Shown here one piece after another: positions 36,291-46,449 of a stretch of 64,000 nt of DNA. Location: contig CAWFCQ010000002.1 in the NCBI GenBank assembly GCA_963814375.1, positions 1 to 64,000 on the forward strand, given 5' to 3'. The stretch comes from an uncultured Chloroflexia bacterium. GTDB taxonomy: Bacteria > Chloroflexota > Limnocylindria > QHBO01. The number at the start of each line of letters is the position of its first letter. The first letter of the stretch is position 1. The translations under genes were made by a program, and so were the position numbers. Under the pieces are notes generated by a model. The model was not told the origin of the DNA. It made no database searches and worked only from the letters and a program-made list of their open reading frames with translations.

Positions 36291-36471
36291 CATCGCGATC
36301 TTTCCCGGCCGACGCACCAGAAGGCCGATCGAGGTGCTGTTCTCGCGATTCATCGCGGCCTGCCACGCACGAGCGACACCTCCGGGTGCGCCCCAGGCGT
36401 GCCGGTTCGCGATACATCGCGGGAATGCGGCCCGCCGCGGGACTCCGGTGAACTTGCCGCGAAACATCGCG
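36291..36471. repeat. Array of spaced 14-bp palindromic repeats CGCGA(T/A)(T/A)CATCGCG
   Basis: Full copies at 36344-57, 36408-21, 36458-71 and a half copy CATCGCG at 36291-97, separated by unrelated sequence. Confidence 0.65.
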
Positions 36472-36478
36472 CCCGACG

Positions 36479-38108
36479 TCACCTCTCCAGCCGCCAGGCC
36501 CGGACCGGATCCGACTTCCCCTTCAGCCGGAGCGGCTCGAGCGCAGTGCCCCGAGCGAGGTCGCCGAGCCGCTCCCAGGTCGAGGCGCCCACCACGATCT
36601 CGCCCGGCCCGGCCGCCCCGAGCAGCCGCGAGCCGAGGTTGGTCGTGTCGCCGATCGCGCCGAAGCTGCGCCGTCCGGCGGCCCCGACACTGCCGACGAA
36701 CGCCGGACCGGTGTTGATGCCGACGTGGAACCGCGGGCACCTGCTTCGAGCGCCGCGCACCGAGCGCGTCGATCGCGTCTCGCAGGCCGATCGCACTGCG
36801 CGCCGCACGCGCCGGATGGTCCGGCTGGTCGCCCAGGGCGTTGAAGATGACGAGCAGCCCGTCGCCGGTGAAGTTCTCGATGAGCCCGTCTTCCGCTGCG
36901 ACGAGGGGGACGGCAGCGGTCCAGACCTCGTTGAGCAGCTCGACCACGTCGGTCGGCGAGTGGCGCTCGCTGTAGGAGGTGAACCCGGAGAGATCGGCGA
37001 AGAGCACCGTCACCTCGCGTTCCTCGCCGCTGCCGAGCGCGGCTCGGCCGGGATCGGTGCGGGCGCGCTGGGCGAACTGCTGTGGCAGGTAGGGGCGGAA
37101 CAGCTCGTCGACGCGCCGCAGCTCGGTCCCGGCGCGCTCGAGCAATGCGAGCTCCTCGGTCGTGGCGCCATCGACGCGAAGCCGTTCGAGAACCGGGTCG
37201 ATGGTGCGACCCTCGGCCTGCGCCGACGCCAGGTCGGACAGCGCCTCCGCGTGCCATCGATCGAGGCGTTCCAGGGTGCCGGACAGGTACAGCCCGCCGA
37301 AGGCGCCGGTAAGCGAGCCCTCGCGGCGGTACTCGATGCGCGCGCCGATCGCCACGGCCGCGAAGGCGATCGCCATCAGCAGGTGCCATTCCCACCACGA
37401 CAGGTGCCAGTCGCGGCTGAAGACGACCGTCACCATCGCCTCCGCAAGGAGCACCAGCGCGACGACGACGGCGGCGAGCAGCGGGCGGCCGCGGCGCACG
37501 AGGAGCCGAAGGAAGTGCCACGCCGCGAAGGCGTAGAGCGCGACCGCGATGAGCGCGGCCAGGCGCAGCGGCGGCGCAACCTCGACCGGTGCGGCCTCCC
37601 CCATGAACGCCGGGATGCCGAGCAGCGACGACAGGCCCCACGCCGCCATGCCGGCGAAGAGCACGCCCCGGAGCACCGCCGCGTGGCGCAGGACGAGGTC
37701 CCCTCGCGGACCGCCGAGAGGCAGCGCGGCAGCCGCGGCGAGGACGGCGGCGATTGTGAGCCCGACCGGGGTGGCGATGACGAAGCCGAGGTTCGGCCGC
37801 GGCAGGAGCACGCCCGGCGTGGCCAGCGCGTGGAGCCCGAGGAAGCCGGCGCTGGCGGCGAAGGCCAGGGAGATCAGCACCAGCCGCGCGTCGCCGCGCC
37901 GCATCGCGGCCTCGTTGGTGAAGTAGGCGAGGGCCAGGTTGATCCCCGCGACCCCGAGCACGAGCCAGAAGTGGCTGGGCTGGTGGCGCCACTCGACGTC
38001 GAGCTCGGGGCGCGCGATCAGCACCGCCAGCCCGACCATCGGCAGGGCAAGCACCAGCAGCCAGCTCAGGTCGATCGGTGATCGTGCCGCGTGACGGCTC
38101 GTCGACAT
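36479..38108 (-). CDS. Multi-TM membrane class III adenylate/guanylate cyclase, frameshifted near 36745
   Basis: About 8 TM N-terminus (GFLGLHALATPG), TVLFADLSGFT, FTGDG, (fs) FHVGINTG, IGDTTNLGSRL, LKGK. Confidence 0.85.
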
Positions 38109-38194
38109 CGGTCAGGCGTCCCCTGTCGGTTCGTCCATTGTCGCGACGCACGCAACGTCGGTCCTCGCGAGCGGGTCGCTGCTACGCTCGAAGC

Positions 38195-39148
38195 GTGCTC
38201 ATGGACCGCCCAGAATCAGGCTTCCTCGGTCTGCCGGTCGAGCCAGACCACGCGCGGCTCGACGCCGAGGTCGTCATCCTCGGCGTGCCACATGGATGGC
38301 CCTATCCCCGGGTCGGCACGACGGCGGGATGCGCGCAGGCGCCCGGTGCCGTTCGTCGTCGCTCGGGTGGCCTGGCCCGCTTCCGCGACCACTGGGACTT
38401 CGACCTCGACGCGCCGATGCTTCCACACGACGGACCACGCCTGGTCGACGGCGGCGATGTGCCCGGAGACCCGGCGGACGGCCCCGGCAACTCCGAGCGC
38501 ACCAAGGCTGCCGTTGCCGGAGTGCTGGCGCGAGGTGCCATCCCGATCTGCATCGGCGGCGACGACTCGATCCCGATCCCGGTCCTGCGGGCCTTCGCCG
38601 TCGACGGGCCACTCGTGGTGCTCCAGGTCGACGCGCATCTCGACTTTCGTGACGAGGTCGATGGCGTGCGCGACGGCTACTCGTCGCCGATGCGCCGCGC
38701 ATCCGAGATGCCGCACGTCGCGCGGATCGTCCAGGTCGGGCTGCGCGGCGTGGGGTCGGCCAGGGAGCAGGACGTGCGGGACGCACACGCGGCGGGCGGC
38801 CTCCTCGTGCCAGCTGCCGAGCTCCGCGACCGCGGCGTGCCGTGGCTGCTCGAGCAGCTGCCGGCGGACGCGCGGATCTTCGTCGCGCTCGACCTGGACG
38901 GGCTGGATCCCTCGGTCTGCCCGGCCGTATCGGCCCCGGCGCCGGGAGGTCTCGACTTCGACCAGGCGCGCGCACTGATGGCCGGTATCGGCTCGCGTCT
39001 TGCAGGTGCGGCCGTGACCGAGTACGTCCCGGAGCTCGACCATAACGACCGAACGGCGCTCGTCGCGACGCGGTTGATCGTGCTCCTGGCGGGCGGTGTG
39101 GGAAGGCACCGCGTTCGGACGCTCGACGCCGCGAAACGTTTGACGTAG
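38195..39148 (+). CDS. Arginase/agmatinase (ureohydrolase) family protein
   Basis: GGDDSI, DAHLD, SSPMRR, QVGLRG, DLDGLDP, PGG, EYVP. Confidence 0.88.
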   Translation: MLMDRPESGFLGLPVEPDHARLDAEVVILGVPHGWPYPRVGTTAGCAQAPGAVRRRSGGLARFRDHWDFDLDAPMLPHDGPRLVDGGDVPGDPADGPGNSERTKAAVAGVLARGAIPICIGGDDSIPIPVLRAFAVDGPLVVLQVDAHLDFRDEVDGVRDGYSSPMRRASEMPHVARIVQVGLRGVGSAREQDVRDAHAAGGLLVPAAELRDRGVPWLLEQLPADARIFVALDLDGLDPSVCPAVSAPAPGGLDFDQARALMAGIGSRLAGAAVTEYVPELDHNDRTALVATRLIVLLAGGVGRHRVRTLDAAKRLT

Positions 39149-39169
39149 CTAACTAAAGGCCGCTAGCAT
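39140..39169 (+). promoter_or_regulatory. sigma70-like promoter for the S8 protease gene
   Basis: TTGACG-N18-TAGCAT about 155 nt upstream of GTG 39326. Confidence 0.5.
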
Positions 39170-39325
39170 CCCGTCCACTCGCCACGTGATCCGCCCAGGT
39201 CCGCAGCGCGCTTCGGCGGGGGGAGACTTGCCTATCGACTGAGCCGGGTCGACACGCCCTTTCGACTGGCCGCCGGACGCGGTCGTCGACCGTTCCCCAT
39301 ACCCCGAGCGGAGGTTTGCGAATTC

Positions 39326-42300
39326 GTGGTACGACGAATCATCGTACTGGCCAGCCTGCTGGCCCTTGTAATACCGAGCGCCGTACTGGCGCGGGATCCC
39401 TCGTCGGCTGACCCCTTCCAGACATACCCTGGCGCAGGACGCGTGGATCCCCAGGTCCTGCCGAACGCCATGGACGACAACCGCACCGTCACCGTCATGC
39501 TCGAGATGAGCGGTGACCCGGTCGCCGTCGTCCAGTCCAGGGCACGCAACAAGTCGCTCACCGCGGCACAGCGCAACGCGATCAAGGCACAGCTCAAGGC
39601 ACGCCAGGACGCGATCCGCGGCGGGATCGCCGCGCAGGGCGGCACCGTGCTCGCGCAGCTGCAGTCCGCCTACAACGGCGTCAAGGTCGAGGTCGCGCGC
39701 CAGAACGTCGCGGCGCTCGCCGCCCTGCCGAACGTGATCGCGGTGCGCGGCGTGGAACAGCACACCCGCGGCAACGCGACCAGCGTTCCGTTCCTTGGCA
39801 TTCCATCACAGGTGTGGGACCCGGCCACCGGGCTCGGCTTCACCGGCACTGGCATCAAGATCGCCGTGATCGACACCGGCATCGACTACACGCATGCCAA
39901 CTTCGGCGGCCCGGGCACGCTCGACGCCTATGAAGCTGCCGATGCGGCCGACAGGACGCTCGGCCCCGAGGACGCGTCCTGGTTCGGGCCGACGGCTCCG
40001 AAGGTGAAGGGCGGCATCGACCTCGTCGGTGACGCGTACACCGGCGACAACGCGCCGGTCCCCGATCCTGATCCGCTCGACTGCCCGTTCACAAACGGCA
40101 GCGTCGGCCACGGCTCGCACGTCTCCGGCACGGCGACCGGCTTCGGCGTCCTCGCCGATGGGTCGACCTTCCCTGGCCCCTATGACTCGACCACGCCGAA
40201 CTACACCTTCACGGTCGGTCCCGGCGTTGCCCCGCAGGCCGACCTGTACTTCGTCCGGGTCTTCGGCTGCGATGGCTCAACCGAGGTGACCACCGAGGCC
40301 ATCGACTGGGCCGTCGCCAATGACATGGACGTCATCAACATGTCGCTCGGCTCGCCCTTCGGGCGCGTCGACGATCCGTCCGCCGTCGCGGCGACGAATG
40401 CCGCCGCCGCCGGTGTGTCGGTCGTGACGTCCGCCGGCAACAGTGGGCCTGCCCAGTACATCACCGGATCGCCGGGCACCGGCAGTGGCTCGATCGCCAC
40501 GGCCGCCGTCGACTCCAACCAGACCTTCGCGGGGGTCTCGCTCGACCTGACTCCAGGCGATGCGATCGACGCGATCTCGGCAAACGGGATCGTGCCGCCC
40601 AACGGCACGACCTATGAGGTCGTCGTCGTCACCAACAACCCGGCGACGCCGGAGAACGAGGCGCTTGGCTGCTCGGCCGCCGCCTTCACCCAAGCCGGCG
40701 TGGCTCCGGGACCGGCGAACATTCTCGCGGTCGTCGAACGCGGGACGTGTGCTCGAGTCGCCAAGGCGATCTTCGGACAGATGGCCGGAGCGGATGCGGT
40801 GGTGATGATCAACAACGCCGCCAGCTTCCCGCCCTACGAGGGACCGATCCTCTACAACCCGGACACGGGCGTGGAGTTCGAGGTCACCATCCCGTTCCTG
40901 GGCATCATCGGCCCGGCGAACAGTCCACAGGCAACCGCCCTGCGGGCCGCCGACACGGCGACCAGCACGGCCAAGACACTGTCAAACCCGGGCTTCCGCG
41001 GATTCGCCAGCTTCAGCTCGGGCGGCCCCCGCAACGGGGACAGCGCACTGAAGCCGGACATCGCGGCGCCGGGCGTCAGCACCCTCTCGACCGCGTCGGG
41101 CAGCGGCAACAAGGGCCAGGTGCTCTCGGGCACCTCGATGGCCTCGCCGCACGTCGCGGGTGTGGCAGCGCTGGTGCGACAGGCGCATCCGACCTGGACC
41201 CCTGAGGAGGTCAAGGCGGCCATCGTCAACACCGGCAATCCCGCCGGCATGAACGGCTACCTGACCACTCGGTCAGGCAGTGGCCTCGTGACGCCGGCGT
41301 CGGCGATCGCAACGGATGTCGTTGCGCTGGGTGACGTCATCCCGGCCAATCCGGCACTCGGGCTCGCGCAGTTCCAGAACTCGAACCTGAGCTTCGGCTT
41401 CGCCGAGCTTGGGGCGAACTTCTCTGGCACGCGCGCGATCACGGTCCGGAACAAGGGCGCCAGCCCCGTCACGCTCACGCCGAGCGCTGTCGCCAGCCCG
41501 GGCTCTCGCCCGGCCGGGGTCAGCTTCGGTGCCGCCTCGGTCGTCGTGCCGGCAGGTGGCCAGGCCACCCTGAACGTCACCCTCACGGTTCCGGCAGCGT
41601 CCGTCCTGGACGACGCGGCGTTCCGGCAGGTGAGCGGCAACGTGCTTCTGTCGGGCGGCGAGGTTCCGCTGCGGGTGCCGTACCTGCTCGTGCCGCGCTC
41701 GCTCTCGAAGGTCACGAGCGCCGGCAAGCTGACGAACAGCTCCAAGGGCAACGTGTTCACGGCGACCAACCCGAGTGGCGTGGTGGCCGGGGACGTCGAC
41801 ACGTACCAGTGGGGCCTCCAGGACCGCAACGACGTCGACGAGGCGACCCTCGGCGGCGCCGGCTACGACATGCGCGCCGCCGGCGTGCAGTCATTCCCCG
41901 AGGGAGAGGATGACCAGCTCCTGGTCTTTGCTCTCAATGCCCACGACCGCTGGTCGAACGCGGCCGTGAACGAGTACGACATCGAGATCGATACGGATCG
42001 CGATGGCGACCCGGACTTCGTGGTGATCGGCTACGACATCGGCGCGCTGACGGCAGGCTCCTTCAACGGGATCCCGGGCGTCTTCGTGCTCGACATCGCA
42101 GCGGACGCGCTGTTCTTCACCGGCTTCGGCGCGAGTGCGCCGACCGACAGCAGCACGATCCTGCTGCCGGTCCTCGCCAGCGACCTGGGGCTCACGTCGT
42201 CGAGCCGGGAGTTCATCTACTCCGTGACCAGCTTCTCACTGGAGGGGCCCGGGGCGGATTCGATGAGCGGAACGGCGAAGTACGATCCGTGGCGACCGGC

Positions 42301-42476
42301 GCTTACCGGTGGCTTCCCGTTCGTGACGGTCAACCCGAACCAGTCGGTCAAGTTCACGATCGGTTTGCGGCGGCAACCTGTACGCAAGGCAGAAGCCGCT
42401 CGGCGCGATGCTCGTGACGACCGATAACGCGAGCGGGGCCGCGGAGGCCCAGCTCGTCGCGGGACCCGGCCGCTGA
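39326..42476 (+). CDS. Secreted Vpr-like subtilase (S8) with I9 propeptide and PA domain; frameshift near 42370
   Basis: Signal peptide, AVIDTGIDYTH, GHGSHVSG, SAGNSG, PA (ERGTC), KPDIAAPG, SGTSMASPHVAG; C-terminus continues in +1 frame to TGA 42476. Confidence 0.92.
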
Positions 42477-42501
42477 GTCGGTGAGCCGCTGAGCCACAAC
42501 G

Positions 42502-42536
42502 GAAGCCCCCGCCGGTCCGCCGGCGGGGGCTTCTTC
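42502..42536 (+). terminator. Intrinsic terminator (possibly bidirectional)
   Basis: GAAGCCCCCGCCGG-TCCG-CCGGCGGGGGCTTC 14-bp stem between convergent genes. Confidence 0.85.
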
Positions 42537-42542
42537 GTATCG

Positions 42543-43010
42543 CTAGTACTCGCCCTCGAGCGGGCCGTTGCCCTCGCACAGGCGAACCTCGGCGCCGCTG
42601 CCGACCCGGTAGTCATACCGCTCGCCTTCGATCTCGACGACGACCTGGTAGCCGTCGACGAGAGCCTGGGTGTAGAGCATGTCCGGCTCCGGGCATCCGA
42701 GCGAGCCGTCGTTCCAGGTCACCTGCTCGGCGCTGATGACGAGCGGATCGGTGACGGAATCGCCGGTTCTCGTTTCGATGTCGTCGAGGATCGCGGTCCA
42801 GACCGCCTCCGGCACGCCATCGGGCGGGGTCCCCCCGTCCCCCGGCTGCTCGGAGGGCACCGGGAATGTCGCCAGCGGCGGGCGCGTCTCCTGCGTTGCG
42901 TCGGTGGCGCTCGCCGCCTCCTCGCCGCTGGATCCGGGAGCTGCACACGCAGCAACCGCGAGGGCGAGCAGCGGAGCTGCGAGCGAGCGTCGGCGGCCGA
43001 GCGTTCTCAT
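42543..43010 (-). CDS. Conserved hypothetical lipoprotein
   Basis: Lipobox AVAAC; VTWNDGSLGCPEP...TQALVDGY motif. Confidence 0.75.
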   Translation of the reverse strand: MRTLGRRRSLAAPLLALAVAACAAPGSSGEEAASATDATQETRPPLATFPVPSEQPGDGGTPPDGVPEAVWTAILDDIETRTGDSVTDPLVISAEQVTWNDGSLGCPEPDMLYTQALVDGYQVVVEIEGERYDYRVGSGAEVRLCEGNGPLEGEY

Positions 43011-43028
43011 CGGCTCACCCAGACGAGC

Positions 43029-43232
43029 TCAGACGCGGTCGGGTTCCATCGGCTCGTGGCCGGCGCACACCAGCACGGGCAGGGCCGGGTAGCGCGGGTA
43101 GGACGGATCGGTCTCGGATCGGCGGCAGCGCCAGAAGGTGCTCCGCGCGGCCTGGATGCGATGGGCATGGCGGCAGGTGCTGCACAGTCCGGGCCAGTCG
43201 GGTCGGGATTGCGGTGGTGACGGTTGTTTCAT
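43029..43232 (-). CDS. Small Cys-rich protein (probable metal-binding)
   Basis: GLCSTCRH...FWRC...YPRYPALPVLVC; 67 aa. Confidence 0.6.
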   Translation of the reverse strand: MKQPSPPQSRPDWPGLCSTCRHAHRIQAARSTFWRCRRSETDPSYPRYPALPVLVCAGHEPMEPDRV

Positions 43233-43352
43233 CGATCCTTACCGAAGTGGTCATTGTCGCGCCATTTGCAGGCCCGATATGCTTGACGCCTACCACTTCG
43301 CCTCGTCGTTCGAGCCGACCGGGGAATCGCTCAGCAGGAGGCCCCCACCATC

Positions 43353-46181
43353 GTGTCCACTGCTCTTCCGTCGCCGATTCAGCGCGGCCTGGTCCTTCTG
43401 GTGGCGCTCGCCCTCGCGCTCGCCGCCTTCTTGCCACTCGTCCTCCCATCTCGCGCCGATGCCATCTCGGCCGACGTCGTCATCAGCGAGTTCCGGACCC
43501 GCGGTCCGAACGGCGGAAACGACGAATTCGTCGAGCTCTACAACGGCTCCGCGGCGCCCGTCGACGTCGGCGGGTGGTCTGTCCGCCGGTCGAACAACAT
43601 GGGCACGGTCAACACGCAGGTCACGATCCCCGCAGGCACCTTGATCGGGCCCGGCTGCTTCTATCTCATCACGAACTCGACGGGATACACAGGCCCGACG
43701 ACGGCCGACCAGAGCTATGGCGTCGGGATCGGCGACGACGGCGGCATTGGCGTCCTTTCCGCCGTCCCGGCAGTCGTCGACGCGGCCGGCATGAGCGTCC
43801 TCTCCGCCTTCCAGGAGGGCACGCTGCTCACCCCGCTGGCAACGAACGTCGACCGCGGCTACGAGCGGTTGCCGGGCGGGACGGCCGGGCACCTCGACAC
43901 CGACAACAACGCCGCCGACTTCGCGGTGCTGGCACCCAGCAACCCGCAGAACAGCGCCTCGCCATGCATCGGCAGCGGCGAGTCGACCGATCCGTTCGGC
44001 ACCGGCTCGGCGGACCCGGCCAGCGTGCTGCCGGGAGCAAACACCACCCTCAGCGTGACGGTCACGCCGGGCACGAACCCGGCCAGCACCGGGGTCACCG
44101 TGGTCGCCGACCTGACCGCCATCGGCGGGTCGGCCGCCCAGGCCTTCGCCGATGCCGATGCGGATGGGACCTTCACCCATCTCGCAACAGTCGCGGCGGG
44201 AACCACGCCGGGGACGAAGTCGCTGCCGGTGACGGTCGGGGATGCCGAGGGTCGCAGCACCACCACGAGCATCGGCCTCACGGTGGAGGCTCCCCCGACC
44301 GAGATCTGGGAGATCCAGGGCTCGTCGCACCTCTCATCCTTTGACGGCCAGCAGGTGTTCGGCGTGGAGGGCGTCGTCACCGCGCGTTCCAGCAACGGCT
44401 TCTGGATGACCGATCCGACGCCGGATGCCGATCCCGGCACCTCGGACGGGATCTTCGTCTTCCGTGGCGTCGCCACGGTCGGTGACCTGGTGACGGTCAA
44501 CGGCACCGTCGACGAGTTCCGCTCCGGCGGTTCCGGCGGATTCGAGAACCTCACGACCACCGAGATCGTCTCGCCCACGGTGACGCTCGTTAGCGGTGGC
44601 AACGCGGTCCCGCGCACCGTCATCGGCGTCGATCGGCTGCCGCCGACGCTCGTCATCGACGATGACTCGACCTCCTCGGTCGAGGCCGGCAACGCGGTGT
44701 ACGACCCGGCCAACGACGGTATCGACTTCTGGGAGAGCCTGGAGGGCATGCTGCTGGAGGTCGCCGACGCCGTTGCTGTCGGGCCGCGGGCATGCTTCGG
44801 CGCCACGTGCAGCTCGAAGGAGATCGCGGTCATCAGCCAGCGCCAGACCGGGGCCGGGGTCCGCACGTCACGCGGCGGCATCCTGGTTCGCCAGCTCGGG
44901 CCGGCCGGTGACTACCGGCCCGGCGACTTCAATCCGGAGCGCCTCATCCTGGCCAGCACGCTGGCACCGCTGCCCGATGTCAACGTGGGCGATGAGTTCG
45001 CCAGCGATCCGGTCGGGGTGCTCGACTACAGCTTCGGCAACTTCAAGCTGTTGGTGACGGCCGATCCCGGGCGGGTCGACAACGGGCTGCCGCGCGAGGT
45101 GACCGGGCCGGCGGGGTCGCACGACCTCGCCGTGGCCACCTTCAACGTCGAGAACCTCTCGGCCATCGACGACGATGCCAAGGTCAACCAGCTTGCGGGC
45201 CAGATCGTCAACAACCTGCGCTCCCCCGATCTCATCGCGATCGAGGAGATGCAGGACAACAGCGGCCCGGCCAATGACGGTGTGGTTGCCGCCGACCTGA
45301 GCTGGCAGCGCCTCATCGATGCCATCGTGGCGGCCGGCGGACCGTTGTACGACTACCGCCAGATCGACCCGGTCAACAACGCCGATGGCGGCCAGCCGGG
45401 CGGCAACATCCGGGTCGGCTTCCTCTTCCACTCCGAGCGCGGTCTCAACTTCGTCGACCGACCGGGCGGCGACGCCGCCACCGACACCGACGTGGTGAGC
45501 ACGCCGAACGGGAAGGGCGCCCGCCTGACGATCAGCCCGGGACGCGTCCTCGACGCCTCGCTCGGTGGCGATGCGGCCTTCGAGAACACGCGCAAGTCGC
45601 TGGCAGGCGAGTTCCGATTCCGCGGCGAGACGATCTTCGTCGTCGTCAACCACTTCAGCTCGAAGGGAGACGATCGGCCGCTGTACGGCCACTTCCAGCC
45701 GCCGTTCCGCCTGACCGAGTTCGAGTCGGACGTGCCCGAGGACGGGTGGCGTCATGCCCAGGCGCAGGCGATCAACGACTTCGTCGACGAGGTCCTGGCG
45801 GTTGACTCGCGCGCGCACGTGATCGTGCTGGGCGACATCAACGACTTCGACTTCAGCGAGACCGTCGACATCCTGAGCGGCGAGCGCGTCGCCCTCGACC
45901 CGGGTCCGTTCATGCCCGACGCCGATGGCAGCGGGCAGACCGGGCCGGGAGGCGCGGCAGTGCTCGGGACGCTGTTCGACCTTCTGCCTGCCAACGAGCG
46001 CTACTCGTACGTGTTCGACGGCAACAGCCAGGTGCTCGACCAGATCCTGGTGAGCACCTCGATCCTGGCACGGACACCGAAGTACGACGTCGTCCACGTC
46101 AACGCCGAGTTCTTCGCCCAGGCGAGCGACCACGACCCGTCGGTCATGCTCGTCGCGTTCCAGCCCAAGAAGGGCAAGTAG
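43353..46181 (+). CDS. Secreted ExeM/NucH-like nuclease (lamin-tail + OB fold + EEP domain)
   Basis: Signal peptide, VVISEF..DEFVELYN (LTD), IWEIQG, WESLEGM, ATFNVENL, NHFSSK, LGDIND, SDHDP. Confidence 0.9.
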   Translation: MSTALPSPIQRGLVLLVALALALAAFLPLVLPSRADAISADVVISEFRTRGPNGGNDEFVELYNGSAAPVDVGGWSVRRSNNMGTVNTQVTIPAGTLIGPGCFYLITNSTGYTGPTTADQSYGVGIGDDGGIGVLSAVPAVVDAAGMSVLSAFQEGTLLTPLATNVDRGYERLPGGTAGHLDTDNNAADFAVLAPSNPQNSASPCIGSGESTDPFGTGSADPASVLPGANTTLSVTVTPGTNPASTGVTVVADLTAIGGSAAQAFADADADGTFTHLATVAAGTTPGTKSLPVTVGDAEGRSTTTSIGLTVEAPPTEIWEIQGSSHLSSFDGQQVFGVEGVVTARSSNGFWMTDPTPDADPGTSDGIFVFRGVATVGDLVTVNGTVDEFRSGGSGGFENLTTTEIVSPTVTLVSGGNAVPRTVIGVDRLPPTLVIDDDSTSSVEAGNAVYDPANDGIDFWESLEGMLLEVADAVAVGPRACFGATCSSKEIAVISQRQTGAGVRTSRGGILVRQLGPAGDYRPGDFNPERLILASTLAPLPDVNVGDEFASDPVGVLDYSFGNFKLLVTADPGRVDNGLPREVTGPAGSHDLAVATFNVENLSAIDDDAKVNQLAGQIVNNLRSPDLIAIEEMQDNSGPANDGVVAADLSWQRLIDAIVAAGGPLYDYRQIDPVNNADGGQPGGNIRVGFLFHSERGLNFVDRPGGDAATDTDVVSTPNGKGARLTISPGRVLDASLGGDAAFENTRKSLAGEFRFRGETIFVVVNHFSSKGDDRPLYGHFQPPFRLTEFESDVPEDGWRHAQAQAINDFVDEVLAVDSRAHVIVLGDINDFDFSETVDILSGERVALDPGPFMPDADGSGQTGPGGAAVLGTLFDLLPANERYSYVFDGNSQVLDQILVSTSILARTPKYDVVHVNAEFFAQASDHDPSVMLVAFQPKKGK

Positions 46182-46193
46182 GACTGAACCGAG

Positions 46194-46225
46194 AGAGGGC
46201 CCGGCCTCAGGACCGGGCCCTCTTC
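46194..46225 (+). terminator. Intrinsic terminator hairpin
   Basis: AGAGGGCCCGG-N8-CCGGGCCCTCT after the nuclease stop. Confidence 0.75.
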
Positions 46226-46252
46226 ATGCCCCCCTGTTGAAGGTCGAGATGA

Positions 46253-46420
46253 TCAGGGCATCCCCGGGTCCGGCTCATCGCGCGGGGCACCGAGCGGGGG
46301 CTGGTCGGCGCCGGGCGCACGCTGCTCGGGCTCATCCGGCACGTCAGTCGGTGCCGGGTCGGGGTCGCCGTCAGGAGGCATCGGCGGGGCCTCGTCGTCG
46401 GGCGGTGGGGTGATGGTCAT
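46253..46420 (-). CDS. Small Pro/Asp-rich hypothetical protein
   Basis: 55-aa ORF MTITPPPDDEAPPMPP... from ATG 46420; no family recognised. Confidence 0.4.
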   Translation of the reverse strand: MTITPPPDDEAPPMPPDGDPDPAPTDVPDEPEQRAPGADQPPLGAPRDEPDPGMP

Positions 46421-46449
46421 GGGCGCATGCCCTGCATGCGCCGTGCCGG

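Noticed and set aside
36291-36471. CRISPR array interpretation of the spaced palindromes
   Set aside because: Repeats are only 14 bp, spacer lengths are unequal, and there is no leader or cas gene in the window; kept as a REP-like finding instead.
39170-39325. Riboswitch in the ~155-nt leader of the S8 protease (and the CGAAGTGGT/ACCACTTCG repeat upstream of the nuclease)
   Set aside because: Small hairpins are present but I recognise no c-di-AMP or other riboswitch consensus; an Rfam scan is needed.
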